DNA from: Malacoraja senta
Lineage: Eukaryota
NCBI GenBank assembly: GCA_038087875.1
Contig: CM075991.1
Location: forward strand, 11,472,001 to 11,536,000
DNA: 64,000 bases
Direction: 5' to 3'
Below are positions 24,041-36,592 of this stretch, piece after piece. The notes under the pieces were generated by a model. That model worked only from the letters and a program-made list of their open reading frames with translations. It ran no database searches and was not told where the DNA came from. Both the position numbers and the translations under genes were made by a program. Position 1 is the first letter of the stretch; each line of letters opens with the position of its first letter.

Positions 24041-25460
24041 GCAGATTCACCGTCTCCTCTGTTATTCCTCCACATCCCAAAGCTGTTCTGGTCAATTAAC
24101 TGTGTAGGAAGGAACAGCAGATGCTAGTTCTGAAGACTGAAGAAGGATCTTGACCCGAAACATCACCCATTCCTTCTCTCCAGAGATGCTGCCTGTCCCG
24201 CTGAGTTACTCCAGCTTCTTGTGTCTAATGGTAAATTAATTGGCCATCACAAGTTAAGATTGAGTGTCGGCAGTATGAGTTTGATAAGGACTCAAATCAC
24301 CACAGAGCACGAGATTATTTTCCGCATATCAAATGTTTTCACGTGATCACCTTCCATGCCGCAGATTAAAACATTGGTCAGCAGGTATTCGAGCTTTCGG
24401 GATGGGATCCTTCAGTCTGAAGAAGGGTCCTGACCCAAAACATTGTCTATCCATTCCATCCACAGATGCTGGATGATCAGCCGAGTTTTAGTTTAGTTTA
24501 GAGATACAGCGCGGAAACAGGCCCCTCGGCCCACCGAGTCCGCGCCGACCAGCGATCCCCGCACATTAACGCTACCCTAACACACACACACTAGGGACAA
24601 TTTACACGTACACCAAACCATTTAACCTACATACCTGTACGTCTTTGGAGTGCGGGAGGAAACCGAAGATCTCGGAGAAAACCCACGCGGTCACGGGAGA
24701 GAGCGTACGAACTCCGTACAGACGGCACCCGTAGGCAGCAACTCTACCGCTGAGCCCGAGTTCCTCCAGCACCTTTTTTAAGCAAGATACAATAACGAAG
24801 TAAGATACAACGCGGTAAGAGACTGTAAAGATCTTGGTTTGAGGCAGTGAAGGACAGGACTCCAGTGAGATCACTGCTGCACTCTATGGGTCTTGCATCC
24901 ACCAAGAAGAGGCGATCTGAAGCCCACAACATGTGCTGGAGTAACTCTGCGGGTCAGGCAGCATCTCTGGACAACATGGATATGCCATGTTTCGGGTGTG
25001 GACCCTTCAGATCGATCCCAGAAGTGTCCTGACCCAAAGCGTCACCTATCCATGTTCTCCAGAGATGCTGCCTGACCCACCCGCTGAGTTACTCCAGCAC
25101 TCGGTGTCTTTTTTTGCAAACCAGCATCTGCAGTTCCTCGTGTCCATCCTTCACCTGGAACGTTGCTCCCTCAATAGTGCAGCCCTCCGCTCACATGCTG
25201 GACTGGGACTTGGACTCGAGCACAGGAGCTCTGCCAACATTGTGGCTGCTGACCACACAACTGATGGGAGTTATCACAAGTGATAGGAGCAGAATTAGAC
25301 CATTCGGCCCATCAAGTCTACCCTGCCATTCAATCATTGGCTGATCTATCTCTCCCTCCTAACCCATTCTCCTGCCTTCTCCCCATAACCCCCGACATCC
25401 GTACTATCTGTTTCTGCCAAGTCAAATATCCACTGACTTGGCCTCCACAGCCTTCTGTGG

Positions 25461-25632
25461 CAGGGGTGTCAAACTCAGATTGGGTCACGGGCAAAATGCA
25501 ACTTCATTCGCGGGGTCAACGCGGGGAACACAGTCCGTTCCGGCCTCGGGGACAGCTGCAGCCCGCTCTGGCCTGGATCAGACCCCCTCGCGGGAAGCAT
25601 CTGGCCCGTGGGCCGCAAGTTTGACACCCCTG
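25461..25632. mobile_element. hAT (Charlie-like) MITE inserted in a CR1 fragment
   Basis: TIRs CAGGGGTGTCAAACT / AGTTTGACACCCCTG with 8-bp flanks TTCTGTGG / TTCCATGG, consistent with CpG decay of one TSD. Confidence 0.8.
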
Positions 25633-27339
25633 TTCCATGGCAAGGAATTCCACATATTCACCACCCTCAGACCAAAGAAATTCCTCCGCATCTCCTTCCC
25701 AAAGGAACGTCCTTTAATTCTGAGGCCGTGACCTCTGGTCCTAGACTCTCCCACCAGTGGAAACATCCTCTCCACATCCAGTCTATCCAGGCCTTTCACT
25801 ATTCACCAATGTTAGACAATAGACAATAGACATAGGCAATAGGTGCAGGAGTAGACCATTTGGCCCTTCGAGCCAGCACCGCCATTCAATGTGATCATCG
25901 CTGATCATCCCCAATCAGTACCCCGTTCCTGCCTTCTCCCCATATCCCCTGACTCCGCTATTTTTAAGAGCCCTATCCAGCTCTCTCTTGAAAGCATCCA
26001 GAGAACCTGCCTCCACTGCCCTCTGAGGCAGAGAATTCCACAGACTCACCACTCTCTGTGAGAAAAAGTGTTTCCTCGTCTCCGTTCTAAATGGCTTACT
26101 CCTTATTCTTAAACTGTGTGTGGCCCCTGGTTCTGGACTCCCCCAACATCGGGAACATGTTTCCTGCCTCTAGCGTGTCCAAGCCCTTAACAATCTTACA
26201 TGTTTCATTCTGGTTCAGAATGTTCAATTCTGCTTTTGCACAATTAGCATTTCTGACTCTGAATAATTCTCTAAATGTTTCGTCATCATCAGAGGCTGGC
26301 GAATGCACAATATATTACAGGATTAGTTTCACCTACATCGCTTCTCTGGATCAACAATTTCTACCGAGGCAGACGTGGTGAACTATCGGCGAGGTTGCCT
26401 AGCAACACCCATCATCCTCCTCCTCCTCTTCTTCCTCCTGCTGCTGCAGCTAGGCAACAGGAATAGGAGATTGGGAGGACTGGGATGGGGCACGGTGGCT
26501 AGTGTGATGGAGGCTGCAAATAGCGTTACTTGTGAACAAGTCATAACATTATCCGAGACGTTCCACCCAGTGTCGTGGCCTCATACGATCATGTGTAGGA
26601 AGGAACTGCTGTTACTGCTTTAAACCGAAGACAGACACAAAAAGCAGGAGCAACTCAGCGGGTCAGACAGCATCTCTGGAGAGAAGGAATAGATGATGTT
26701 TCTGGTCGAGACCCTTCTGATCCAAGATATCACCTATTCCGTTTCACCAGAGATGCTGTCTGATCTGCTGAGTTACTCCAGCTTTTTGTCTCAATCATAA
26801 GATCATGTACCAGATTTGTAATTTGTTGCAGCTTATGGTTTGATAAATTATTCAGTGCTACTTTTGATATCCTGCAGTTAATATTTCAAGTGACGTCTTT
26901 TAAAATGTTTTCCATCGTCCCATTTTATTTTGATGAGCAAAACATGTGGGGGCTTTTACATGGACATACATCGGCCAGCGAAAGCCTCAACTCCCAGAGA
27001 GAAATTGTACAAACAAGCCTGGTATTTCAGTACAGTGTTAGCAAAAGGGAAGGACAGGTGGACAGTCTGTTGGCGTGGCCTTTCTTTCACCACTCTTTCC
27101 ATACTATCCCAGAGTGGAACATCCTTCCTGACACCACCGGGTGTGCACCAACCTTGTCACTCTTCAAGTGGCAGCACGACGACTTGGACACGGGTCACCT
27201 CACCAAACATGCCCACCTAAAAATCTCAATAGCCCTTTTGCAGCCAGTGCCCATGCCCCATGCGAGCGCGACCTGCATGAGATGGGCCAGCTGTTGGCAG
27301 ATGTGCAGTAAGCATGTAGCAGCAGAACTACCACTCTGC

Positions 27340-27820
27340 CCTCCAACCCCACCCGCCCCTTCCCCTCCAACACCCCCCCCTCCCCTCCCCACACCTCTCC
27401 CCTCCCACACCTCCCCCCTCCCACACCTCACCTCCCCCCTCCCACACCTCACCTCCCCCCTCCCACACCTCACCTCCCCCCTCCCACACCTCACCTCCCC
27501 CCTCCCAGACCCCCACCTCTCCCAGACCCCCACCTCTCCCAGACCCCCACCTCTCCCAGACCTCCCCTCCCACACCCCCCCTCCCCTCCCACACCCCCCC
27601 TCCCCTCCCACACCCCCCCTCCCCTCCCACACCCCCCCCCCTCCCCTCCCACACCCCCCCTCCCCTCCCACACACCCCCTCCCCTCCCACACACCCCCTC
27701 CCCTCCCACACCCGCGCCCTCCTCTCCCCCTCCTCCCACCCTCCCATCTCCCACACCTCCCCCCCACACACATCCCCTATCTCCCCCCCTCCCCCACACA
27801 CCCCCTCCCACACCCAGCCC
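27340..27820. repeat. C-rich low-complexity tandem repeat
   Basis: CCCCTCCCACAC-type units. Confidence 0.9.
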
Positions 27821-28485
27821 CTCTGTCTACACACAACCCTGTCTTCAGCTTCGAAGAGCGATAGACACAAAATGCTGGAGTAACCCAGTGGGACAGGCAG
27901 CATCTCTGGAGAGAAGGAATGGGTGACGTTTCAGGTCGAGACCCTTCTCCAGACTCGGGGGAGAGGGAGACACAGAGATAAGGAAGGTTTAAGGTGTGAA
28001 AAAAAACCACATCAAAGGGGATGCAGATGAAGGAAAATGTCGAATAGATCAGTGTTAGCTGGGGGAGTCAGACTGGTCGGAGAACTAGGATGGGGAGGGA
28101 TGGAGAGAGAAGGGGGGAAGCAAGGGTTACTTGAAGTTAGAGAAGTCTGAAGAAGGGTCTCGACCAGAAACGTCACCCATTGCTTCTCTCCAGAGATGCT
28201 GCCTGTCCCGCTGAGTTACTCCAGCGTTTTGTGTTTACCTTCAATATTCATGCCTGGGGTGCAAGCTGTCCAAGCCAAATAGCGGGTGGTCAGCTTCGCC
28301 TGGTCAAGGGACAGTGGCCCCTTCTTAGAAACTGTGTGCGAGTGTAACCCCTGGTCCCACCCAGAGCCCGGCACCTCCACCTTGCACCTTGCCCGGCCCA
28401 ACCCAGTGAAGCCCATCAAGGTGGATACATGTCATGTCCTTGCCCCGTGATAGATCACAGGGAAGCGATGGACGATGGCGACAGC

Positions 28486-29032
28486 TTCCTCTCCCCCCTC
28501 TCTCTCTCTCCCCCTTTCCTTCTCCCCCTCTCTCCCCCCATCTCTCTCCCTCCCACCCCCTCTCCCCTCCCCGTCTCCCCTACCCTCTCCCATTCTCCCC
28601 ATCTCCAACCCTCTCTCTCCCCCCTCTCTCCCCTCTCTCCCCCTTTCCTTCTCCCCCTCTCTCCCCCCATCTCTCTCCCTCCCACCCCCTCTCTCCCCTC
28701 TTTCCCCTACCCTCTCCCATTCTCCCCATCTCCAACCCTCTCTCTCCCCCCTCTCTCCCTCTCCCTCTCCCCCCTCTCTCCTTCTCCCCCTCTCTCCCTA
28801 TCTCTCTCCCTCCCACCCCCTCTCCCCTCTCCCCTCTTTCCCCTCCCCGTCTCCCCTACCCTCTACCATTCTCCCCATCTCCAACCCTCTCTCCCTCTCC
28901 CCCCTCTCTCCCCATTTCCTTCTCCCCCTCTCCCCCCCATCTCTCTCCCTCCCACCCCCTCTCTCCCCTCTTTCCCCTACCCTCTCCCATTCTCCCCATC
29001 TCCAACCCTCTCTCCCTCTCCCTCTCCCTCCC
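28486..29032. repeat. Polypyrimidine (CT-rich) tract with internal duplications
   Basis: Nearly pure C/T; the block CCCTACCCTCTCCCATTCTCCCCATCTCCAACCCTCTCT recurs about 4 times. Confidence 0.9.
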
Positions 29033-29080
29033 CGCCTGGACCTCTGCCCCTTGACCACCCCAGTGTCCAGCCCAGGTTAC

Positions 29081-29146
29081 CTGCCGACAGCCCAGATCCA
29101 CCGTCAACCTGTCCAGTGCCTGCTCCAGCCGGGAGCTCCTGCAATT
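29081..29146 (-). other. Candidate non-coding exon 1 (5' UTR) of the prion-family gene
   Basis: Unique GC-rich sequence between repeats. Starts at an Inr-like TCAATT about 32 nt downstream of a TATA-like box and ends in donor CAG|GTAACC (GT at 29080-29079). It could splice to the acceptor at 21801. Confidence 0.55.
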
Positions 29147-29170
29147 GAACAGCCGCGCCCGTCCTCGACG

Positions 29171-29215
29171 CTATTTAAGCTGCCTTGAGAATGACAGACG
29201 GCAAGATCGGCCAAT
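29171..29215 (-). promoter_or_regulatory. Candidate core promoter: TATA-like TTAAATAG (29178-29171) and CCAAT box (29211-29215)
   Basis: Motifs read directly from the sequence; spacing to the putative start site and donor is canonical. Confidence 0.5.
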
Positions 29216-29712
29216 GGTAAGAACCATTTGTGTGTGTGTGCCTATGTGTGTGAGTGTATACATACACACTGAACTTTTTTCTCTCTCGTTTATCATATTG
29301 TTTACAGTGTATTATCAAGTCTAGAGAGTTTATTGTCATGTGTCCCAGATAGGACAATGACATTCCTGCTTGCTTTCCACGTTTCCATATTCTGTTGTGC
29401 TGCTGCTAGTAAGAATGTCATTGTTCTATCTGGGACACATAATGAAACACTCTTGCCTCTTGGCTCTTGGCCACTCGATGCTTTCATCGAAGAGAGAGAG
29501 AGAGCAATGTTGTGGTGAAGGAGGGAAGGACCCAGCCCTGTATAATGTTACAGCTGTGTGAAGTGAATGGTCTTCACTGTTGTTTGGGTCAGTCAACGCT
29601 GCCATTCAGCAGAGTTTGAATCTGGTCCAGCTACTCCCACAGACTGGATCAAAAAGGCAGCCAGCATCATCAGAGACCCCCACCATCCTGGCCACGCTCT
29701 CATCTCACCCCT

Positions 29713-29947
29713 GTACGCACGCACACACACACACGCACACACACACACGCACGCACACACACACACACACACATACATATATATATACGTACACACACAC
29801 AATATATATACGTACACACACACACATGCACATATATATATACGTACACACACACATACACATACATATATATACGTACCCACACACATACACATATATA
29901 TATACGTACACACACATATATATACGTACACATACACACATATATAT

Positions 29948-29999
<52 letters not shown>

Positions 30000-30022
30000 A
30001 CATATATATATATACTACACAA

Positions 30023-30053
<31 letters not shown>

Positions 30054-30466
30054 CCACACACACACACACACAAACACACACGCACACACACACACGCACA
30101 CACACACACGCACACACACACACACACGCGCACACACACACACGCACACACACACACGCACGCACACACACACACACACACATACATATATATATACGTA
30201 CACACACACACATATATATACGTACACACACACACATATATATACGTACACACACACACACACACACACATACATATATATATACGTACACACACACACA
30301 TATATATACGTACACACACACACATATATATACGTACACACACACACACACATATATATATACGTACACACACACATACACATACATATATATACGTACC
30401 CACACACATACACATATATATATACGTACACATACACACATATATATACGTACACACACACACACA

Positions 30467-30537
<71 letters not shown>

Positions 30538-30562
30538 CGTACACACACGACACACATATATA

Positions 30563-30646
<84 letters not shown>

Positions 30647-30650
30647 ACAT
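29713..30650. repeat. Compound (CA)n/(TA)n microsatellite with recurrent TACGTA
   Basis: Seen directly in the sequence. Confidence 0.95.
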
Positions 30651-30679
30651 ATTAAGGGCGGCATGGTGGCACAGTAGTA

Positions 30680-32460
30680 GACAAGTGAGTTTATTGTCAT
30701 GTGTCCCAGATAGGACAATGAAATTCTTGCTTGCTGCAGCACAACAGAATATTGTAAGCCTAAATACAAAACAGTTCAGTTCAATATACACATAAATAAG
30801 CAGATAAAGTGCAATAGGCTGTTACAGTTCAGAGTCTGTTTGTTGGCGAGTTTAATAGACTGATGGCTGTGGGGAAGTAGCTATTCCTGAACCTGGTCGT
30901 TGCAGTCTTCAGGCTCCTGTACCTTCTTCCTGAAGGTAGCGGGGAGATGAGTGTGTGGCCAGGATGGTGTGGGTCCTTGATGATACTGCCAGCCTTTTTG
31001 AGGCAGCGACTGCGATAGATCCCCTCGATGGAAGGGAGGTCAGAGCCGATGATGGACTGGGCAGTGTTTACTACTTTTTGTAGTCTATTCCGCTCCTGGG
31101 CGCTCAAGTTGCCGAACCAAGCCACGATGCAACCGGTCAGCATGCTCTCTACTGTGCACCTGTAGAAGTTAGAGAGAGTCCTCCTTGACAAACCGACTCT
31201 CCGTAATCTTCTCAGGAAGTAGAGGCGCTGATGTTTTTTTAAATAATTTATTTATTTATTTATTTGTTTGTTCCGAACAAGTAAAGACATAAATAGGAAT
31301 AAATAATAACAACAAAATCGGAAATAGTCAAACATTGGTCATTCCAGGCAATATTTGCAAAGCAATGAAAAGCATACTGCAAAATTTAAATGTCCGACAC
31401 TTTTTCTTTACAAGCTCGAAAAGGAGTGAGAAGAAGAATAACGTATTTAATCTCACCCCTTCTCCCTAAACCCTTCTTCCATATTTAATAATTAATTAAT
31501 TAATAATAATACTACCCCAGACAATTTTTAGAGATACATACAGACATACATATACATACAACTGATATACACATACAAGTAATATCTATGAAGTAACCAA
31601 AAGATAAATAAATAATAAATAAAATAATAAATAGACATTAACCCCTGTTTGTCAACCATCCCCTTCATCCCTGTACCTTGTGAAAAAAAGTTTTTTGTAT
31701 GTCATTTTGAACTGGTTCATGTTTGGACATTGCTTTAATTCCACATTCAAGCTGTTCCACAATCCTACTCCACATACCGAAATACAACAAGTTTTTCTGG
31801 TCGTGCGGACTCTTTGTACCTTAAAATTAAATATTCTTCTTAAATTATAACCCCCCCACTCGCACATTCAATAATATTTGTATATTTCCAGGTACGTTTT
31901 TATTTTTGGCCCTAAACATTATCTGCGCTGTTTTAAATGCAACCAAATCTTCTAATTTTAATAATTTTGACTGTAAGAATAATGGATTAGTGTGACCCAG
32001 ATACCTGACCTTGTGAATAATACGTATTGCTCTTTTAAATAGGGTAAGATTAGTGAACAGTAGAGAATGCGGAGTGATTTGTGATCCAGAACCTGCTTAA
32101 CTTTGTGTAATACCGAAATGGTTTTTGACAGTGCTTTCTTTATAATTGCATCAGTGTGCTGGGACCAGGAAAGATCTTCGGAAATATGCACATCCAGGAA
32201 TTTGAAGCTCTTGACCCTTTCCACCATCGACCCGTTGATATAAACGGGATTGTGGGACCCTATCCTACCCCTTCCAAAGTTCGCAATCAGTTCCTTGGTT
32301 TTGCTGGTGTTGAGAGCCAGGTTGTCGTGCTGGCACCATTTGGTCAGTCGGTCGATCTCTCTTCTATACTCTGACTCGTCCCCATCAGTGATTCGTCCCA
32401 CAACAGTGGTGTCGTCGGCGAACTTGATGATGGAGTTCCCACTATATCCGGCTACGCAGG
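30680..32460 (-). mobile_element. Rex1/Babar LINE 3' portion, split by a nested LINE
   Basis: [24 protein letters not shown]...SKTKELI (32130-32460) continues into LSNFYRCTVESMLTGCIVAWFG...LPSGRRYRSLK (30829-31230). A related 3' copy lies at about 41790-42133. Confidence 0.85.
31234..32130 (-). mobile_element. L2-group (Crack/Daphne-like) LINE 3' fragment nested in Rex1
   Basis: LSKTISVLHKVKQVLDHKSLRILYCSLILPYL...YNLR...GVGLWNSL...FK with an (AATA)n tail. It interrupts contiguous Rex1 sequence. Confidence 0.65.
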
Positions 32461-33254
32461 TGCTGCCTCACAGTGAATGTAGTGATGGAGACCCGGGTTC
32501 GATCCCGACTACGGGTGCTGTCTGTACGGAGTTTGTACGTTCTCCCCGTGACCTGCGTGGGTTTTCTCTGAGATCTTCGGTTTCCTCCCACACCCCAAAG
32601 ACGTGCAGGTTTGTAGGTTAATTGGCTTGGTACAAATGTAAATTGTCCCCAGTGGATAGTTTTAATGTGCAGGGATCGCTGGTCGGCACGGACTCGGTGG
32701 GCCGAAGGGCCTGTTTCCGCGCTGTATCTCTAAACTGAACGTTGTGAGTTCAAGCTTCAATCGAGGGACCTGAATCCCACCATTCCTGGTTGACATTCCC
32801 GGCATGAAAGGCCAGATAGAGTGGATGTGGAGGGTAAGGACCGTCAGTATGGGAATGGGAAGGGGAGTTGAAATGGATGGAACCAAGGAGATTCTGGGAT
32901 TTTTGGATGTCCTACCGCATATTTATTCTTTAAACAAACCAAGAAACAAATCCTGGTGCAATCCTTCCAGACTATCTGAAGGTTCTGATTCCTGAGTTCT
33001 GAGTGAAGGCCTGTTTTCCTTTCACATCGTTACTTTTTTGCATCTTTCCTTCATTTTGTTCCATATCTCTCCACATCACCGTCTATATCTCTCGTGTACC
33101 TCTCCCTGCGACTCTCTGTCTGAAGAAGGGCCTCGACCCGGAACGTCACCCGTTCCTTCTCTCCAGAGATGCTGCCTGTCCCGCTGAGTTACTCCAGACC
33201 TGTACGTCTTTGGAGTGCGGGAGGAAACCGAAGGTTTCAGAGAAAACCCAGGCG

Positions 33255-33810
33255 ATAGACAATAGACAATAGGTGCAGGAGTAGGCCATTCGGCCCTTCG
33301 AGCCAGCACCGTCATTCAATGTGATCATGGCTGGTCATCCCCAATCAGTACCCCGTTCCTGCCTTCTCCCCATATCCCCTGACTCCACTATTTTTAAGAG
33401 CCCTATCTAGCTCTCTCTTGAAAGCATCCAGAGAACCTGCCTCCACCGCCCTCTGAGGCAGAGAATTCCACAGACTCACCACTCTCTGTGAGAAAAAGTG
33501 TTTCCTCGTCTCCGTTCTAAATGGCTTACTCCTTATTCTTAAACTGTGGCCCCTGGTTCTGGACTCCCCCAACATCGGGAACATGTTTCCTGCCTCTAGC
33601 GTGTCCAAACCCTTAACAATCTTATATGTTTCAATAAGATCCCCTCTCATCCTTCTAAACTCCAGAGTGTACAAGCCCAGCTGCTCCATTCTCTCAGCAT
33701 ATGACAGTCCCGCCATCCCGGAAATTAGCCTTGTAAACCTACGCTGCACTCCCTCAATAGCAAGAATGTCCTTCCTCAAATTAGGGGACCAAAACTGCAC
33801 ACAATACTCC
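33255..33810 (-). mobile_element. CR1 LINE 3' fragment
   Basis: EYCVQFWSPNLRKDILAIEGVQRRFTRLI...TRGH...WNSLP. Confidence 0.9.
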
Positions 33811-35549
33811 TATTGAGATGTTTAGCAAATGAGAGATCCAGTGGGCCTTGGTGGAGCGAGACCGTGTTCAGCAAAATGGTTGCTGAGCCAACAAGATTTG
33901 ATTAAAGGCTACAATAGTCAAAATCAGCGCAAGCCTCAGTTATTACAGCGGCAGAGCTAATGCCTTGCAGCTCCATATTCGATCCTGACTATGGGTGCTG
34001 TCAGTACGGAGTTTGTACGTCCTCCCCATTATCGCCAAGACTGTCATATGGCGGTGCTGGCTCGAAGGGCTGAATGGCCTGCTCCTGCACCTATTGTCTA
34101 TTGTCTATTGTCTATTGTCTAATACCTCTACCCTCTCAGCTCATATATAACAGCAAGTAAGAATGTCATTGTTCATCTGAGTAAGAACTGCTGCCCACTA
34201 ATTGACTTTGGGATTTTGCAGCATGTAATATTAGTTTACATACTAATGCCATTTTTACAAAGAATGTACATTTTAGAGAGAACGGAAGTAGGCTGGTTCA
34301 AGTCAGTGCCTAATGGAACAATAGCATAAATAATTGTCCATAAAAGATTGAAATACAAAATGGGCAGCACATTACTAGTTATTAGATAACAGATGGAATT
34401 TACACAGTGGAGGGACTCTCATTTCTACCCTTCAAATGTAGTTCCAACCTTTCTCAGCTTTCCCAGTGACTAAGTATATGTTTACCCCAGTCTATTCCGC
34501 CAGCTCAGATCCAAAGATAGACACAAAAAGCTGGAGTAACTCAGCGGGACAGGCAGCATCTCTGGAAAAAAGGAATAGGTGACGTTTCGGGTCGAGACCC
34601 TTCTTCAGACTGAGTCAGGGGAGAGGGAAACGAGCGATATGGACCAGTGATGTACAGAGATCCAGAACAAATGAACGAAAGATATGAGAAATGATTTTTC
34701 CAATGCAGGAAAAAAAATTCCCAAATGCAGGAAATATGTTCCCAATGTTGGGCGAGTCCAGAACTAGGGGCCACAGTCTTAGAGTAAAAGGGAAGCCATT
34801 TAAGACTGAGGTGAGAAAAAACGTTTTCACCCAGAGAGATATGAATTTGTGGAATTCCCTGCCACAGAGGGCAGTGGAGGCCAAGTCACTGGATGGATTT
34901 AAGAGAGAGTTAGATAGAGCTCTAGGGGCTAGTGGAGTCAAGGGATTTGGGGAGAAGGCAGGCACGGGTTATTGATAGGGGACGATCAGCCATGATCACA
35001 ATGAATGGCGGTGTTGGCTCGAAAGGCCGAATGGCCTCCGCCTGCACCTATTTTCTATGTTTCTAGGTTTCTAAGGCCATTGTTAGCTGTGGGTTTGGTG
35101 AGAATGAGTTACAGACCATGAGACTCAACAAGGCGACTTTGAAGCTGGAACAACTTGGGTGGAGGAGGGATGGAGAGAGAGGATTGCTTGAAGTTAGAGA
35201 AATACAACTGGGGTGTAAGCTGCCCAAGTGAAATATGAGACATGTCTACACGTGACGCTTGTACGGCCATGAGTAGTCACGCAAAGAGCCGTACCTTTTT
35301 CTGGTCACCGCTGGATTTTCAACATTTAAAATGATGTTGGCGACCTGTTGCGACTGTACCGGGTGCCGGCAAGTCGCCGAACAAAACCGCGTAAGTGGGA
35401 CAGGCCCTTAGAGGTTAGACAAGAAGCAAGTGGAGTGGCAGCTAAATCATCCTACCACGACCAGAGAGCAGTGCTGAACCTCTATCCACCTCTTTGGTGA
35501 CCCTTGGACTATCCCTGGTCTGAAGAAGGGTCTCGACCCGAAACGTCCT

Positions 35550-36095
35550 TGTCCTTCCAAATCTGAGGAAGGACATTATAGCCATAGAGGGAGTGCAGAG
35601 AAGGTTCACCAGACTGATTCCTGGGATGTCAGGACTTTCATATGAAGAAAGACTAGATAGACTTGGCTTATACTCGCTAGAATTTAGGAGATTGAGAGGG
35701 GATCTTATAGAAACTTACAAAATTCTTATGGGGTTGGACAGGCTAGATGCAGGAAGATTGTTCCCAATGTTGGGGAAGTTCAGGACAAGGGGTCACAGCT
35801 TAAGGATAAGGGGGAAATCCTTTAAGACCGAGATGAGGAAAAACTTTTTCACACAGAGAGTGGTGAATCTCTGGAACTCTCTGCCACAGAGGGTAGTTGA
35901 GGCCAGTTCATTGGCTATATTTAAGAGGGAGTTAGATGTGGCCCTTGTGGCTAAAGGGATCAGGGGGTATGGAGAGAAGGCAGGTACGGGATACTGAGTT
36001 GGATGATCAGCCATGATCATATTGAATGGCGGTGCAGGCTCGAAGGGCCGAATGGCCTACTCCTGCACCTATTTTCTATGTTTCTATGTTTCTAT
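35550..36095 (+). mobile_element. CR1 LINE 3' fragment
   Basis: QRRFTRLIPGMSGLSYEERL...WNSLPQ with a (TTTCTATG)n tail. Confidence 0.9.
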
Positions 36096-36592
36096 GTCAC
36101 CCATTCCTTCTATCCAGAGACGCTGCCTGTCCTGCGGAGTTATTCCAGCATTTTGTGTCTATCTTTGATCGGACTTTGCTGGCTTTACCTTGCACTAAAT
36201 GTTATTCCCTTGTCATGTATCTGTACACTGTAAATGGATCGATTGTAATCACGTATTGTCTTTCTGCTGACTGGATAGCACGCAACAAAAGCTTTTTACT
36301 GTACCACATTCGCCACAGACGTTACAGACTTCATAAAGAAATGTGTGGAGGACTGCATCCCAACAAAAACCTTCCGATTGTTTCCTAACCAGAAGCCTTG
36401 GATGAACCATGAGATCCGCACTCTTCTGAAGTCCAGATCCCGGGCATTCATGTCTGGAAATACAGAGGTCTAAAAGAAGTCCAGATACGACCTTGGTAAG
36501 GCCATCAAAAAGGCCAAAAGGGACTTCTGCTCCAAGCTGGAGGATGAGACAGATGTTCGGCAACTGTGGCAGGGCCTGAATTCCATCATCTC

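Noticed and set aside
26890..29188. Pro-rich or Gly-rich ORFs
   Set aside because: Derived from C/T-rich low-complexity tracts; no splice or homology support.
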